Made by a program: the position numbers and the translations under genes. Of a stretch of DNA of 64,000 nt, positions 28,576 to 38,831 are shown in pieces. The notes under the pieces are model-generated. The model did not search any database, had not been told where the DNA came from, and worked only from the letters and a program-made list of their open reading frames with translations. The stretch is from positions 7,172 through 71,171 of the forward strand of contig JAPPAP010000013.1 in assembly GCA_026705465.1 (NCBI GenBank). Reading direction: 5' to 3'. The stretch comes from a bacterium (GTDB taxonomy: Bacteria > Actinomycetota > Acidimicrobiia > Acidimicrobiales > Bin134). Position 1 is the stretch's first letter. Every line of letters starts with the position of its first letter.

Positions 28576-29181
28576 GTGTTCCCCCCGGGCTTCTTCGATC
28601 GGGCCGATCCCAGCCCCGACCACTTCTTCTATGCGCCACCCCGCCTGGTCACCCACATTGACGACCAGGCCATCGGCGCGGTCGGCACCCTCTACCAGGA
28701 GCTGGGCCTGACCGGAGAAGTGCTGGATCTGATGTCGTCGTGGGTCTCGCATTTCACTGCCCCTCCAAAGCGGCTGGTAGCCCTGGGGATGAACCAGGTC
28801 GAGCTGGCCGCCAACCGCCAGGCCCATGAGTGGCTCATACACGATCTCAACCACACCCCTCGGCTGCCCTTCGACGACGACTCCTTCGACGCCGCCACTT
28901 GCTGCGTCTCGGTTGACTACCTGACCCGGCCAATCGAGGTGTTCACCGACGTGGCCCGGGTGCTGCGCCCCGGCGGCCTGTTCGTGATCACATTCTCCAA
29001 CCGGTGCTTCCCCACCAAAGCAATCCGGGGCTGGCTGTACGCCGATGACGCCGGGCACGTAGAGATCGTCCGTCGCTACTTCGAGGCCGCCGACGGATGG
29101 GCCGAGCCGGTGACCAAGCAATGCATCCCACCGGGCACCACCGGCGACCCCCTCTATGCCCTCTACGCCGCTGCCCTCTGA
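28576..29181 (+). CDS. Class I SAM methyltransferase-like protein
   Basis: PRLVTHID, LDLMSSWVSH, VSVDYL, FSNRCFPTKA. Confidence 0.85.
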   Translation: MFPPGFFDRADPSPDHFFYAPPRLVTHIDDQAIGAVGTLYQELGLTGEVLDLMSSWVSHFTAPPKRLVALGMNQVELAANRQAHEWLIHDLNHTPRLPFDDDSFDAATCCVSVDYLTRPIEVFTDVARVLRPGGLFVITFSNRCFPTKAIRGWLYADDAGHVEIVRRYFEAADGWAEPVTKQCIPPGTTGDPLYALYAAAL

Positions 29182-29251
29182 CCGTTCACCAATGCGGTCC
29201 ACCACCCAGAGTCACCAACAAGTGTCGCTGTCGATCCCTACCATCTGACCC

Positions 29252-32200
29252 GTGAGCATCGAGGTCGTCTGCACCCCCTACGGGCCCCCCGCCACTGAGC
29301 GGCTGGGCGAGCAGATCGCCTCGCTCAAGAACGGCGACCCCCTCGCCCCCGTCACCGTGGTGGTTCCCACCAACATCGCCGGCCTCGCCACCCGACGCGC
29401 CCTGGGCGCACGAGACCAGGGCATCGCCGCGGTGAACTTCCTCAAGCTCTTTGACCTAGCCGAACGCCTAGCAGGACGGCAGATGGCGATGGAGTTTGAG
29501 CGTAGGCCGCTTTCTGGCCCGGTGCTCAGCGCCACCGTGCGGAGCGTGTTGAACACCGACCCCGGCCTGTTCCAGGCCTCGGCTCGACACCCGGCGACCG
29601 AGCAGGCCTTGGTGCGGTCGTACCGAGACTTGCGGGAGCTGTCCGAGGAGCAACTCGACACCCTGGCGTCACAGAGCCGCCGAGCCGCCGATGTTGTCCG
29701 CATCTGCCGTCAAGTGGGAGAGCTGCTGAAGCCGAAGTGGTACGACGGCCACGATCTGAGCGAGCTGGCCATCGACGCACTTGAGTCGGGGAGGCTCAGT
29801 GAAATCCTCCACGGGTTCGGCCCGGTGATCATCCACCTGCCGCAGCGGGTCACCCGATCACAGGGCCGCATGGTCGCCGCCTTGTCGGAGGCAACGCCGG
29901 TGGCGGTGATCGCCGGGCTGACCGGCAGAGAGAGGGCCGATGGCGCGGTGATGGAGTCAATCAGCCGCATGGGTGCGGTTGTCGACCCGATGCCGGAGAT
30001 CAGCCCACCCCACGGCCAGCGCATCATCACCACCGCCAGCGCCAATGAGGAAGTCCGAGTGGCGGTCCGGGAAGTGGTCGACGCCGCCCGAGAAGGCATC
30101 CCCTTTAGCCGGATCGCCGTGCTGTGCGGGGGCGGCGAACCGGCGATCCGGTCGCTTCACGATCAGCTCGACGCCGCGGGGATCGCCTTCAACGGTCCCA
30201 GCGGGCGCACCCTGGCCGACTCACTGGTGGGCCGGGGACTGGTGGCAATGCTGAACCTGGAGGGCCGCGACTTCCGCCGAGACGAGGTGTTCGCCCTGCT
30301 GTCGGTGGCTTCGGCCACCGTGCCCCGGGGGGAAGCGCCCAGCAACCAGCCCACGCTGGCCGCCGATCTGGTGATGGCGTGGGAGCGGGTGTCGCGCCGG
30401 GCCGGGGTGGCCCGGGGTTCCGACCAGTGGGGGACGCGGCTCAACCGGTACGCCGACGAGCAGCGGAAGGCCGCCCATCAAGAACGGCGCGATCCCGACC
30501 GAGTGGAGGGACGGGTTGAGCGGCGCGGGCGAGAGGCAGACCATGCGGAGTCGCTGGCCCGGTTCATGGACCAGCTCATCGACGACCTGTCTCCTGAGCC
30601 AGAGCCGGCCACCTGGAACAACTGGTGTGGGTGGATCAGGGGGCTGATCCACACCTATCTCGGCGACGAGGATGCTCGGCAGCACTGGCCCAAGCCCGAG
30701 CAGGAAGCGGCCAACCAGATTGAAGGGATCCTCGACCGCTTGGCCAACCTGGACGAAATCGAGCACCGTCCCCGTTCAAACACCTTCCGACACACCCTGG
30801 TCTCGGAGTTGGGCGCACGCACCGGCCGGGTCGGCCGGGTCGGACACGGGGTGCTCACCGAGGAAATCGGCGCCTCGCTGGGAATAGAGCTGGATCGGAC
30901 AATTCTGACCGGCATGGCCGAGGGAGAGTTCCCCCACAGCCCCTCCGATGATCCGCTTCTGCCCGACCGGGAGCGCCTCGCGGTCCGCGATGATCTCGCC
31001 CTCCTCTCCGACCGTATGGACGATCAGCACCGCCACCTACTGGCCGCGCTGGCATCAGCCGAAGTCGGCACCATGGTGTATGCCCGAGGCGACGCCCGCC
31101 AGGCCTGCGAGCAGCACCCCTCCCGCTGGTTGCTGGACTCCGCCAGCGCACTGGTGGGAGACACCGTGGACAGCACCAACCTGGAGGACCTAGCCACCGA
31201 CGAAACCGCGGATTGGTTCGAACATGTCCCCTCGTTTGCCGGAAGGGTGCTCGACGCCGAGTTCCCGGCCACCGCCCAAGAGTTCGGGCTCAGGGCCCTG
31301 GCCCCGGCCAGCCGATCTGATGATCTGCCATTCGACGACGACCCGGTGCTGACCCGAGGGGCCGAGCTTGTAGCAGCCCGGGCCTCCAACCAGTTCACCC
31401 GATTCGACGGCAACCTGTCCGGCTTCAGGGTCGCCGACCTGGCCGAAGACGTGGTGTCGCCCACCAGCCTGGAGACGTGGGCCGACTGCCCCATGCGCTA
31501 CTTCTTTCAATACGTCTTGCGGGTGCAGACGTTCGAGCAGCCCGAGGATCTGCTCCAGATCTCGGCGTTGGAGAAGGGCTCGCTGGTCCACGAAGCCCTG
31601 GACAGGTTTGTGAGCGAGCAGCTCGAAAACAACCAGGTGCCGCATCCTGTCCTGCGATGGAGCGATGAGCAGCGCCGCCGCCTGCTCGAGATCGGAGTGG
31701 AGTTGTGCCAGCAAGCCGAGGCCCAAGGGCTGACCGGCACCCCGGTGTTCTGGCACCACGACCGACGTCGGATCTTGACCGACTTGGAGCGGTTTTTGTG
31801 GGAAGACGATGACCAGCGCCGCCGCCTCGACGTCACCGCCGCCGCCAGTGAGTTGGCCTTCGGGATGCTCGGCGACGAGTTGAAGGCAGTCGCCGTCTCG
31901 CTGCCCAGCGGCCGGTCAGTGAGATTCCGTGGCCGCGCCGATCGGGTGGACCAGGGCAGTAACACTCTGCTGGTCACCGACTACAAGACCGGCAATTCCG
32001 ACCCCTACAAAGACCTGGACGAAAGAAGCCGGAACTGGGACCCCGTCCTTCGGGGCACCCGCCTCCAGCTCCCGGTATACGGGCTGGCCGCCCGCGACCA
32101 CATCGACGACTCCGCTGACCCGATCAGAACCCAGTATTGGTTCGTCACCAGCGACCAGCAGTTCAAGGCCTACGGCTACCGGCTGAACGACCGGGTGATG

Positions 32201-32443
32201 GATCGCTTCCGCGCGGTGGTGGACATCATCGCCGACGGTATCGAGGACGGGGTGTTCTGCGACCGCCCCCAACCCGACCGCACCGAGGGACCGTTCAGCC
32301 AGTACTGCGACTACTGCAACGCCGACCGGCTGGGCACGCAAGAACGCCGCCGGGCGTGGGAGAGCATGCAAGATCAATCGGAGCTGGCCGACTATTGGCG
32401 CCTGGCCGAGTCGCCCCACGGATTCGACCCCGGGGCGGATTGA
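29252..32443 (+). CDS. AddB-like inactive-helicase/PD-(D/E)XK nuclease subunit
   Basis: VVVPT N-terminus without Walker A; SPTSLE..CP; GRADRVD..TDYKTG; QLPVY; CDYC. Confidence 0.85.
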   Translation: MSIEVVCTPYGPPATERLGEQIASLKNGDPLAPVTVVVPTNIAGLATRRALGARDQGIAAVNFLKLFDLAERLAGRQMAMEFERRPLSGPVLSATVRSVLNTDPGLFQASARHPATEQALVRSYRDLRELSEEQLDTLASQSRRAADVVRICRQVGELLKPKWYDGHDLSELAIDALESGRLSEILHGFGPVIIHLPQRVTRSQGRMVAALSEATPVAVIAGLTGRERADGAVMESISRMGAVVDPMPEISPPHGQRIITTASANEEVRVAVREVVDAAREGIPFSRIAVLCGGGEPAIRSLHDQLDAAGIAFNGPSGRTLADSLVGRGLVAMLNLEGRDFRRDEVFALLSVASATVPRGEAPSNQPTLAADLVMAWERVSRRAGVARGSDQWGTRLNRYADEQRKAAHQERRDPDRVEGRVERRGREADHAESLARFMDQLIDDLSPEPEPATWNNWCGWIRGLIHTYLGDEDARQHWPKPEQEAANQIEGILDRLANLDEIEHRPRSNTFRHTLVSELGARTGRVGRVGHGVLTEEIGASLGIELDRTILTGMAEGEFPHSPSDDPLLPDRERLAVRDDLALLSDRMDDQHRHLLAALASAEVGTMVYARGDARQACEQHPSRWLLDSASALVGDTVDSTNLEDLATDETADWFEHVPSFAGRVLDAEFPATAQEFGLRALAPASRSDDLPFDDDPVLTRGAELVAARASNQFTRFDGNLSGFRVADLAEDVVSPTSLETWADCPMRYFFQYVLRVQTFEQPEDLLQISALEKGSLVHEALDRFVSEQLENNQVPHPVLRWSDEQRRRLLEIGVELCQQAEAQGLTGTPVFWHHDRRRILTDLERFLWEDDDQRRRLDVTAAASELAFGMLGDELKAVAVSLPSGRSVRFRGRADRVDQGSNTLLVTDYKTGNSDPYKDLDERSRNWDPVLRGTRLQLPVYGLAARDHIDDSADPIRTQYWFVTSDQQFKAYGYRLNDRVMDRFRAVVDIIADGIEDGVFCDRPQPDRTEGPFSQYCDYCNADRLGTQERRRAWESMQDQSELADYWRLAESPHGFDPGAD

Positions 32444-32445
32444 CC

Positions 32446-35400
32446 ATGGCACCGATCAACAATGACCAAGCCGACCGGGACGCCATCGAAGCCGAACTCG
32501 ACTCGACCCTGTTCGTGGAGGCTGGGGCCGGATCGGGCAAGACCACCGCGTTGGTGGCCCGAGTTCTCTCCCTGCTCGACACCGGCATGGCCATGGAGAA
32601 CATCGCCGCCATCACCTTCACCGAGAAGGCCGCCGCAGAGCTGAAGAACCGCCTGCGCCAAGAGCTCTCTAAGTCTGGGCGACACGCTGAAGCCCTCGAT
32701 CAGCTTGACGGCGCAGCCATCACCACCCTTCATGGCTTCGCCCTGCGCATCCTCTCCCAGCACGCTATCGAGGCCGGGCTGCCCGCCCGCCTCGAGGTGA
32801 GCCCTACCGAGGCATTCGAAGACCGCTGGGTGGAGTTCCAGAGCCGGCTGCTAAGCAGCCCCGAACAGGAGCACGCCCTAGCTCTGGCCCGGATCTTGGG
32901 CCTGAACATGGGTCACCTTCGGGAGCTGGCTCAGCACCTTGACAGCAACTGGGACTTGGTCGCCCGGGAAATGGCCCAGCCACCCCCCACTGGCCCGATC
33001 GAGATTCCCGATGTCAGCGGATTCCCCGGCTGGTTCGACGAGGTGGCCGCGCTTTCGATGTACTGCACCGACCCAACCGACAAAATGCTGCCCAAGCTTG
33101 AGGCCATCGCCGAGCGGGCCAATCTGCTGCGGGGGGCGGCGGGTGACGAGGACCAGATCTTGCGGCTGCTGTTTATCCCCGGGCTGAGCTTCACTAGGGC
33201 GGGCCGCAAGGGAAGTTGGCCCGACGAAGACAGCGATGACCCGTCATTGGATGATGTGGTCGCTCAGTTGCGAGAGCTGGGTGACGCCATCAAAGACCTC
33301 CGAGCCCATGTGGCTGATGTCCTTATCGAGCGGCTGACTCTGGTATTTGCGGCCTTCACCCTTGAAGCCGCCGAGGACCGTCGTCGCCTGGGGGTGTTGG
33401 AGTATCACGACCTGTTGGTTTTGGCCCGAAACCTGCTGCGCCACCCTCAGCACGGCGAAGACATCAGAGAGGCGCTGGCCGGGCGCTTTCAGCGCCTGCT
33501 GCTCGACGAGTTCCAAGACACCGACCCCATCCAGGTCGAATTGGCCAAGCTGATCGCCGCGCCCCCTGACGACCACCGACACTGGGCGGAGTTGCAGGAC
33601 GAGGCGGGGCGGCTGTTCTTCGTGGGCGACCCCAAACAGTCGATCTACCGATTCCGACGAGCCGACATCGCCCTGTACACCCAAGCAGGACACGCCCAAA
33701 CCGTGAATCGAAAGACGCTCACCCGCAATTTCCGGTCGGTCGAGCTCATCCTGGATTGGACAAATGCCCTGTTCAAGGAGTTCATGGCCCCGCCCAACCC
33801 CTCGAAGCAGCACGTCCAGCCCGACTATCAAGCGCTCGATGCGGTACGGGGATCGCCGCCGGAGGGACCACCGGTGGCGGTGCTCGGCCGAGAGCACCCC
33901 AAGGGGTCCCGGGCCGGCGGGTTGCGAATGATCGAAGCCCAAGAGGTGTCCCAGGCCATCTTGACCGCGGTCGGCCAAGGCTGGTCGGTGGGCGCCGGCC
34001 GGGACGAGAACGGCCGCGAACTGTGGCGACCGGCTCGGCTGGAGGACATTTGCATCCTGCTGCCCACCCGCACATCGCTGCCTCAGCTTGAGCAGGCGTT
34101 GGAAGCACACGGCATCCCCTACCGGATTGAGGCGGGCTCGCTGATCTGGTCCAGCCAGATCATTCGGGAGGTGATGGCGGCGGTGAGGGCGCTGGCCGAC
34201 CCCACTGACGAGGTGGCCCTGGTCAACGCCCTGCGCTCCCCCGCCTTCGGGTGCGGCGACAACGATCTATTCACCTACAAGGTGGCCTATCGGGGCCAGT
34301 GGAACTACACCGCACCCCGGCCCCACCAACTCCCCGAGAATCACCCGGTGGGCGAGGCCATGGCGTGGCTGGCCGACTTGCACGCCAAGGCGCGCTGGCT
34401 GAATCCCAGCCAGATTATCGAAAGCATCGTGCGGGAGCGGCGGCTGATGGAGTCGAGTTGCTTCGGCCAGAACCGGGCTCGGGATGCGTGGCGCAGCCTC
34501 GACTTGGTTGTCGACCAGGCTCGCCAGTTCGAGGAATCGGGTGGACGGGGATTGCGGGAGTTCGTCGCTTGGGTAGAAAGGAAGATTGGAGAGCGGACCA
34601 GAGAGACCGACGTCATATTGTCGGAGACCGACGACGACGCGGTGCGCATCACCACCATCCACGCCGCCAAAGGCCGGGAGTTCCCCATCGTCATCCTGTC
34701 TGGGACCTACGCCCGGAGCCGTCCCATGTCGGCCCAGGTAGTTTGGCCGTCCGACGGCGGCTTCGGCGTGCGCTTCACCAACCTCCTGCGAACCAGAAGG
34801 TTCGCCGAGCACCAAGACGATGAGGAGGAGATGGAGCACGCCGAGCGGGTGCGCCTGCTCTACGTGGCCCTGACCCGGGCGATGGACCACTTGGTGGTGT
34901 CGGCTCATCGCATTGAGCGAAGTGAGAACAGCACCGCCAGGCCATCGATGGCCGAAATGGTGGTGGAAAACGCCGCTTGGCTGCCGGAGGCTGAGTGGGT
35001 GCCCGAACCGTTGTTATCTGAAGAACCTGACACCCCCCTCAACGCATCCTTTACGGCGTGGCAGAAAAAGCGGGATTCCTTCATGGCTGCAGCGAGCAAG
35101 CCGTCGACCATGAGCGCCTCGAGAATCGCCTGGACCGAGACTGACGATGAAGACGTTGAACAACTCCCCGGTTTGGACAAGGACGGACCCACAGACGGCG
35201 ATGACAATCGGTCGCCGCTGCGCAAGGGTCGTGGCGGAACCCAGATCGGTAGCGCGGTCCACGCCGTGCTGCAAACAGTAGACCTGGACGCCGATTTCGG
35301 TACCCTCGGTCCGGTGGCTGCGGCTCAAGCGGAAGCCGAAGGCGTCTCCCAAGCCCAGAGCACGGTTTGGGCCTTGGCTCGATCCGCGCTGGAGTCCGAA

Positions 35401-35766
35401 ACCGTGCGGGAAGCGGCTAGCTCAGAGCATTGGAAAGAGCTGTTCGTGGCCGCCCCGGTGGACGGCACCGTGGTGGAGGGCTATATCGATTTGCTGTACC
35501 GCTCCCCCGAGGGCTTGGTGGTGGTGGACTACAAGACCGACCACATCCCCAACGATGAGACCCTCCAAGCCAAGATCGACCGCTACCAGCTTCAATTGGC
35601 CTCTTACTCCTTGGCAGTTCAACAGGCAGTTGGCGAAGAAGTGACCCGCTGCGTGCTGGTTTTTGCCCGCCAAGGTCAAGACGCAAGAGAGGTTGTCATC
35701 GCCGGCGACGATCTGGTGTCAGCCCAACATGAAGTCCGTCGACGGCTGTCAGTGGCTGCGGCCTGA
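32446..35766 (+). CDS. AddA-like UvrD helicase-nuclease
   Basis: AGAGSGKT, LDEFQD, VGDPKQSIY, NFRS, TIHAAKG, YVALTRA, GYIDL..VDYKT; start moved to ATG 32446. Confidence 0.9.
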   Translation: MAPINNDQADRDAIEAELDSTLFVEAGAGSGKTTALVARVLSLLDTGMAMENIAAITFTEKAAAELKNRLRQELSKSGRHAEALDQLDGAAITTLHGFALRILSQHAIEAGLPARLEVSPTEAFEDRWVEFQSRLLSSPEQEHALALARILGLNMGHLRELAQHLDSNWDLVAREMAQPPPTGPIEIPDVSGFPGWFDEVAALSMYCTDPTDKMLPKLEAIAERANLLRGAAGDEDQILRLLFIPGLSFTRAGRKGSWPDEDSDDPSLDDVVAQLRELGDAIKDLRAHVADVLIERLTLVFAAFTLEAAEDRRRLGVLEYHDLLVLARNLLRHPQHGEDIREALAGRFQRLLLDEFQDTDPIQVELAKLIAAPPDDHRHWAELQDEAGRLFFVGDPKQSIYRFRRADIALYTQAGHAQTVNRKTLTRNFRSVELILDWTNALFKEFMAPPNPSKQHVQPDYQALDAVRGSPPEGPPVAVLGREHPKGSRAGGLRMIEAQEVSQAILTAVGQGWSVGAGRDENGRELWRPARLEDICILLPTRTSLPQLEQALEAHGIPYRIEAGSLIWSSQIIREVMAAVRALADPTDEVALVNALRSPAFGCGDNDLFTYKVAYRGQWNYTAPRPHQLPENHPVGEAMAWLADLHAKARWLNPSQIIESIVRERRLMESSCFGQNRARDAWRSLDLVVDQARQFEESGGRGLREFVAWVERKIGERTRETDVILSETDDDAVRITTIHAAKGREFPIVILSGTYARSRPMSAQVVWPSDGGFGVRFTNLLRTRRFAEHQDDEEEMEHAERVRLLYVALTRAMDHLVVSAHRIERSENSTARPSMAEMVVENAAWLPEAEWVPEPLLSEEPDTPLNASFTAWQKKRDSFMAAASKPSTMSASRIAWTETDDEDVEQLPGLDKDGPTDGDDNRSPLRKGRGGTQIGSAVHAVLQTVDLDADFGTLGPVAAAQAEAEGVSQAQSTVWALARSALESETVREAASSEHWKELFVAAPVDGTVVEGYIDLLYRSPEGLVVVDYKTDHIPNDETLQAKIDRYQLQLASYSLAVQQAVGEEVTRCVLVFARQGQDAREVVIAGDDLVSAQHEVRRRLSVAAA

Positions 35767-35779
35767 TAGGAAAAGAGCG

Positions 35780-36583
35780 ATGTTCACACTGGTGGTGATG
35801 GCTGCGGGGCTGGGGTCGCGCTTCGGCGGCACTAAACAGCTGGCCCAGGTAGGGCCGAACGGCGAGGCGTTCTTGGACTTCGCCATCGCCGATGCCCGAG
35901 CCGCCGGAGCCAACCGAGTTGTGCTCATTGTGCGTAGCGACATCGAGGCCGATGTCCAACGGCACTTCGAGACGCGCGGCGACCTGCCCACTGATCTCGA
36001 CGTGGCTTATGTGCGCCAAGACGAGCACGGGCCATCGCGGCCCAAACCATGGGGTACGGCCCACGCCGTGCTATCGGCCTCCGAGGCCGTGACCGGCCCA
36101 TTCGTGGTGTGCAACGCCGACGACTACTACGGCCCCACCGCCTACACCGCCCTCTCCCAAGCAATGCAGACCATGGCCGACAACGAGGCCTGCCTGTGCG
36201 GCTACCGGCTCGACCACACCCTGCCCGCCGAGGGCACCGTGACCCGCGGCGTGTGCCAGGTTGACGACTACCGGCTTGCCAGCATCGTCGAACAAGAGGG
36301 CATCTCTCGAACCGACAACCAGTTCCCTGAGGACACCATCGTGTCCATGAACCTGTGGGCGTTCTCCCCCAAGTTCTTAGATGCCCTCCAAGACGGCTTC
36401 ACCCGATTCCTCAAGGAAAGTGGCGACAGCGCCTCGGCCGAATACCTTCTGCCCGCCGCTGTCGCAGAGGAAATGGAGAAGGGTGCCCTCACTGTCCGGG
36501 TAGTCACCACTCAAGAGACGTGGATCGGCGTCACCAACCCCAACGACCTCGAGATCGCCCGCTCCGCCCTCTCCCGCCGCTGA
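35780..36583 (+). CDS. Nucleotidyltransferase (NTP_transferase family)
   Basis: MAAGLGSRFGGTKQ, PWGTAHA, NADDYYG. Confidence 0.88.
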   Translation: MFTLVVMAAGLGSRFGGTKQLAQVGPNGEAFLDFAIADARAAGANRVVLIVRSDIEADVQRHFETRGDLPTDLDVAYVRQDEHGPSRPKPWGTAHAVLSASEAVTGPFVVCNADDYYGPTAYTALSQAMQTMADNEACLCGYRLDHTLPAEGTVTRGVCQVDDYRLASIVEQEGISRTDNQFPEDTIVSMNLWAFSPKFLDALQDGFTRFLKESGDSASAEYLLPAAVAEEMEKGALTVRVVTTQETWIGVTNPNDLEIARSALSRR

Positions 36584-36586
36584 CCC

Positions 36587-37387
36587 GTGCCCGAACTGCC
36601 CGAAGTCGAGACGATCCGCCGCCAACTTGCTCCTCGACTCCAAGGCCGCCGCATCCAAGATGCCCACTCCCACGAATCGGGGAAATTCACCCCCGCCAAA
36701 GACGCCGTCGGCACCACGGTTTTGGGCATAGGCCGCAGGGGGAAATATCTCATCACCAGCCTTGATGACGGCCAGGAGCTCATCATCCATCTGGGCATGA
36801 CCGGCTCCCTCGCCATCACCCCTGGACTCCCCGAAGACCCCTACATCCGGGCTTGGTGGCAACTCGACGGCGACGAGTTCCTGGCCTATCGGGACGTTCG
36901 CCGATTCGGCCGGATCCGCTGCGTGCCCGCCGGCCAATACGACGACATACCCACGCTGGCCCTCCAGGGGCCCGATGCCCTCAGCCCCGACTTCACTCCC
37001 GAAGGCTTCTACCAGGCCCTCCGCAAGAGCCAGCGCCGAATCCCCACCCAGCTTCTCAGCCAAAGGCCCGTGGCCGGTGTCGGCAACATCTACGGGACCG
37101 AGGCGCTGTGGATAGCAGGCATCCACCCGGCCAAACGTCGAATCAGCCGACTGGCTGCCGAGAGACTCCACGGTGCTCTTGTGCAGGTGCTTGAGGCCGG
37201 CTTGGCCGACGGAGGCACCACCCTTCGGGACTACCGCAACGCTGATGGCGACGAAGGAAGCCACCAACATGTCCTGGCCTGCTACGGCCGCTCGGGCCAA
37301 CCCTGTTTGCGCTGTGCCACGCCGCTGCAACACCGGGTCTACGATGCCCGCACGCTCACTTTCTGCCCCCAATGCCAGTCGCGCTAG
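36587..37387 (+). CDS. mutM: Formamidopyrimidine-DNA glycosylase
   Basis: PELPEVE, RRGKY, HLGMTG, GVGNIY, CxxC..CxxCQ zinc finger. Confidence 0.95.
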   Translation: MPELPEVETIRRQLAPRLQGRRIQDAHSHESGKFTPAKDAVGTTVLGIGRRGKYLITSLDDGQELIIHLGMTGSLAITPGLPEDPYIRAWWQLDGDEFLAYRDVRRFGRIRCVPAGQYDDIPTLALQGPDALSPDFTPEGFYQALRKSQRRIPTQLLSQRPVAGVGNIYGTEALWIAGIHPAKRRISRLAAERLHGALVQVLEAGLADGGTTLRDYRNADGDEGSHQHVLACYGRSGQPCLRCATPLQHRVYDARTLTFCPQCQSR

Positions 37388-37412
37388 CGTCATCCCGGCT
37401 GGGAGGAACCCC

Positions 37413-38822
37413 ATGAGCGAAGAGATGACCGACGAGCAAAAGGAAGCGTTCGTCGCCAAGCTACGCAAAGAAGTCGGGAGTACCGGCACACCTACAACCG
37501 CTCGCGATCCGGTCAACCAACCCATGATCCGCCATTGGTGTGATGCCATGGAGGATGCCAACCCCCTCTACACCGACCCCGACACCGCCAGCCGGGGTCC
37601 CCACGGCGAACTCGTCGCCCCCCCATCCATGCTCAACGCCTGGACGATGATCGGCCTGGTGCCCAGGGTCAACGATCCTCAAGACCCTGCATCCGGGGTG
37701 TATGCGATGCTGGACGAAGCCGGCTATGTCGGCGTGGTTGCCACCAATTCGGAGCACGTCTACCACCGCTACCTCAACATCGGCGACCACCTAACCGGCA
37801 CCGTCAAGCTGGTGGACGTGTCGGATGAGAAGCAGACCGCGTTGGGCATCGGCCATTTCGTCACCACCGAGACCGAATACCACGACCAGCATGGCGAGCA
37901 CGTGGGGTCCATGTTCTTCCGCATCCTCAAGTTCCGGCCCGGCACTGGGCGCACCGCCAGCACCGGGGGTGATGGCGACACCGTAAGCGAGCGCCCGCCC
38001 CGCCCCCGCCCCAGCCGCAACCAGGACACTGACTTCTTCTGGCAAGGCAGCCGGGTCGGAGAACTGCGCATCCAGCGGTGCCTCAATTGCGGGTATCTCC
38101 AGCACCCGCCCGGCATCCGCTGCCCGGCCTGCGGCGCCATCGATATGGGCTACACCGTGGCCTCCGGAAAGGGCACGCTGTATTCGTACGTGGTAGCCCA
38201 CCACCCCCGGGTCCCCTCCTTCGACTATCCCCTCAACATCGGACTGGTGGAGTTGGAAGAGGGTGTCCGCCTCGTAACCAACATCACCGACTGCGACCCC
38301 GATCAGCTCAAAGTGGGCATGCCACTTGAGGCATGGCACATGCAGACCCACGAGGATGTGAACCTGCCGGTATTCCGGCCCGCCCGGGTTCCCCGCAACC
38401 CGACCACGCTCACCTTCGACGAGATAAGCGTGGGCGACGAGCTACCGCTCTGTCCGATCCCGCTCACCCCCACCCTGATCGTGTCCACCGCCATCGCCTC
38501 GCGCGACTACCAAGACGTCCACCACGACCGAGACATGGCCATCAAAAAGGGGTCTGAGGACATCTTCATGAACATCTTGACGTCTAGCGGCCTCTCCGCC
38601 CGCTACATCAGCGACTGGGCCGGTCCGGATGCCGTTTTCAAGAACCTGAAGATCCGGCTCGGCGCCCCCAACTACCCCTACGACTGCATGACTATGTCGG
38701 GATCGGTCAGCGCCAAACGGGAGGTCGACGGCGAGAACATCGCCGAAGTCTCATTCCGAGGGCAGAACAGCCGGGGGCCGCATGTGACCGGAACCGTCGA
38801 CCTGGCCTTGCCCAGAGCGTAG
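37413..38822 (+). CDS. Fused ChsH2-like (MaoC + DUF35 Zn-ribbon/OB) and ChsH1-like MaoC hydratase
   Basis: DPVNQPMIRHW..RILKFRP; QRCLNC..CPAC; RDYQDVHHD..IFMNILT; GGAGG RBS before ATG 37413. Confidence 0.85.
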   Translation: MSEEMTDEQKEAFVAKLRKEVGSTGTPTTARDPVNQPMIRHWCDAMEDANPLYTDPDTASRGPHGELVAPPSMLNAWTMIGLVPRVNDPQDPASGVYAMLDEAGYVGVVATNSEHVYHRYLNIGDHLTGTVKLVDVSDEKQTALGIGHFVTTETEYHDQHGEHVGSMFFRILKFRPGTGRTASTGGDGDTVSERPPRPRPSRNQDTDFFWQGSRVGELRIQRCLNCGYLQHPPGIRCPACGAIDMGYTVASGKGTLYSYVVAHHPRVPSFDYPLNIGLVELEEGVRLVTNITDCDPDQLKVGMPLEAWHMQTHEDVNLPVFRPARVPRNPTTLTFDEISVGDELPLCPIPLTPTLIVSTAIASRDYQDVHHDRDMAIKKGSEDIFMNILTSSGLSARYISDWAGPDAVFKNLKIRLGAPNYPYDCMTMSGSVSAKREVDGENIAEVSFRGQNSRGPHVTGTVDLALPRA

Positions 38823-38831
38823 GAGAGCACA

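Noticed and set aside
32137-32445. N-terminal extension of AddA in the ORF track (similar extensions at 19816, 37173 and 55834)
   Set aside because: Overlaps neighbouring genes; better downstream starts exist
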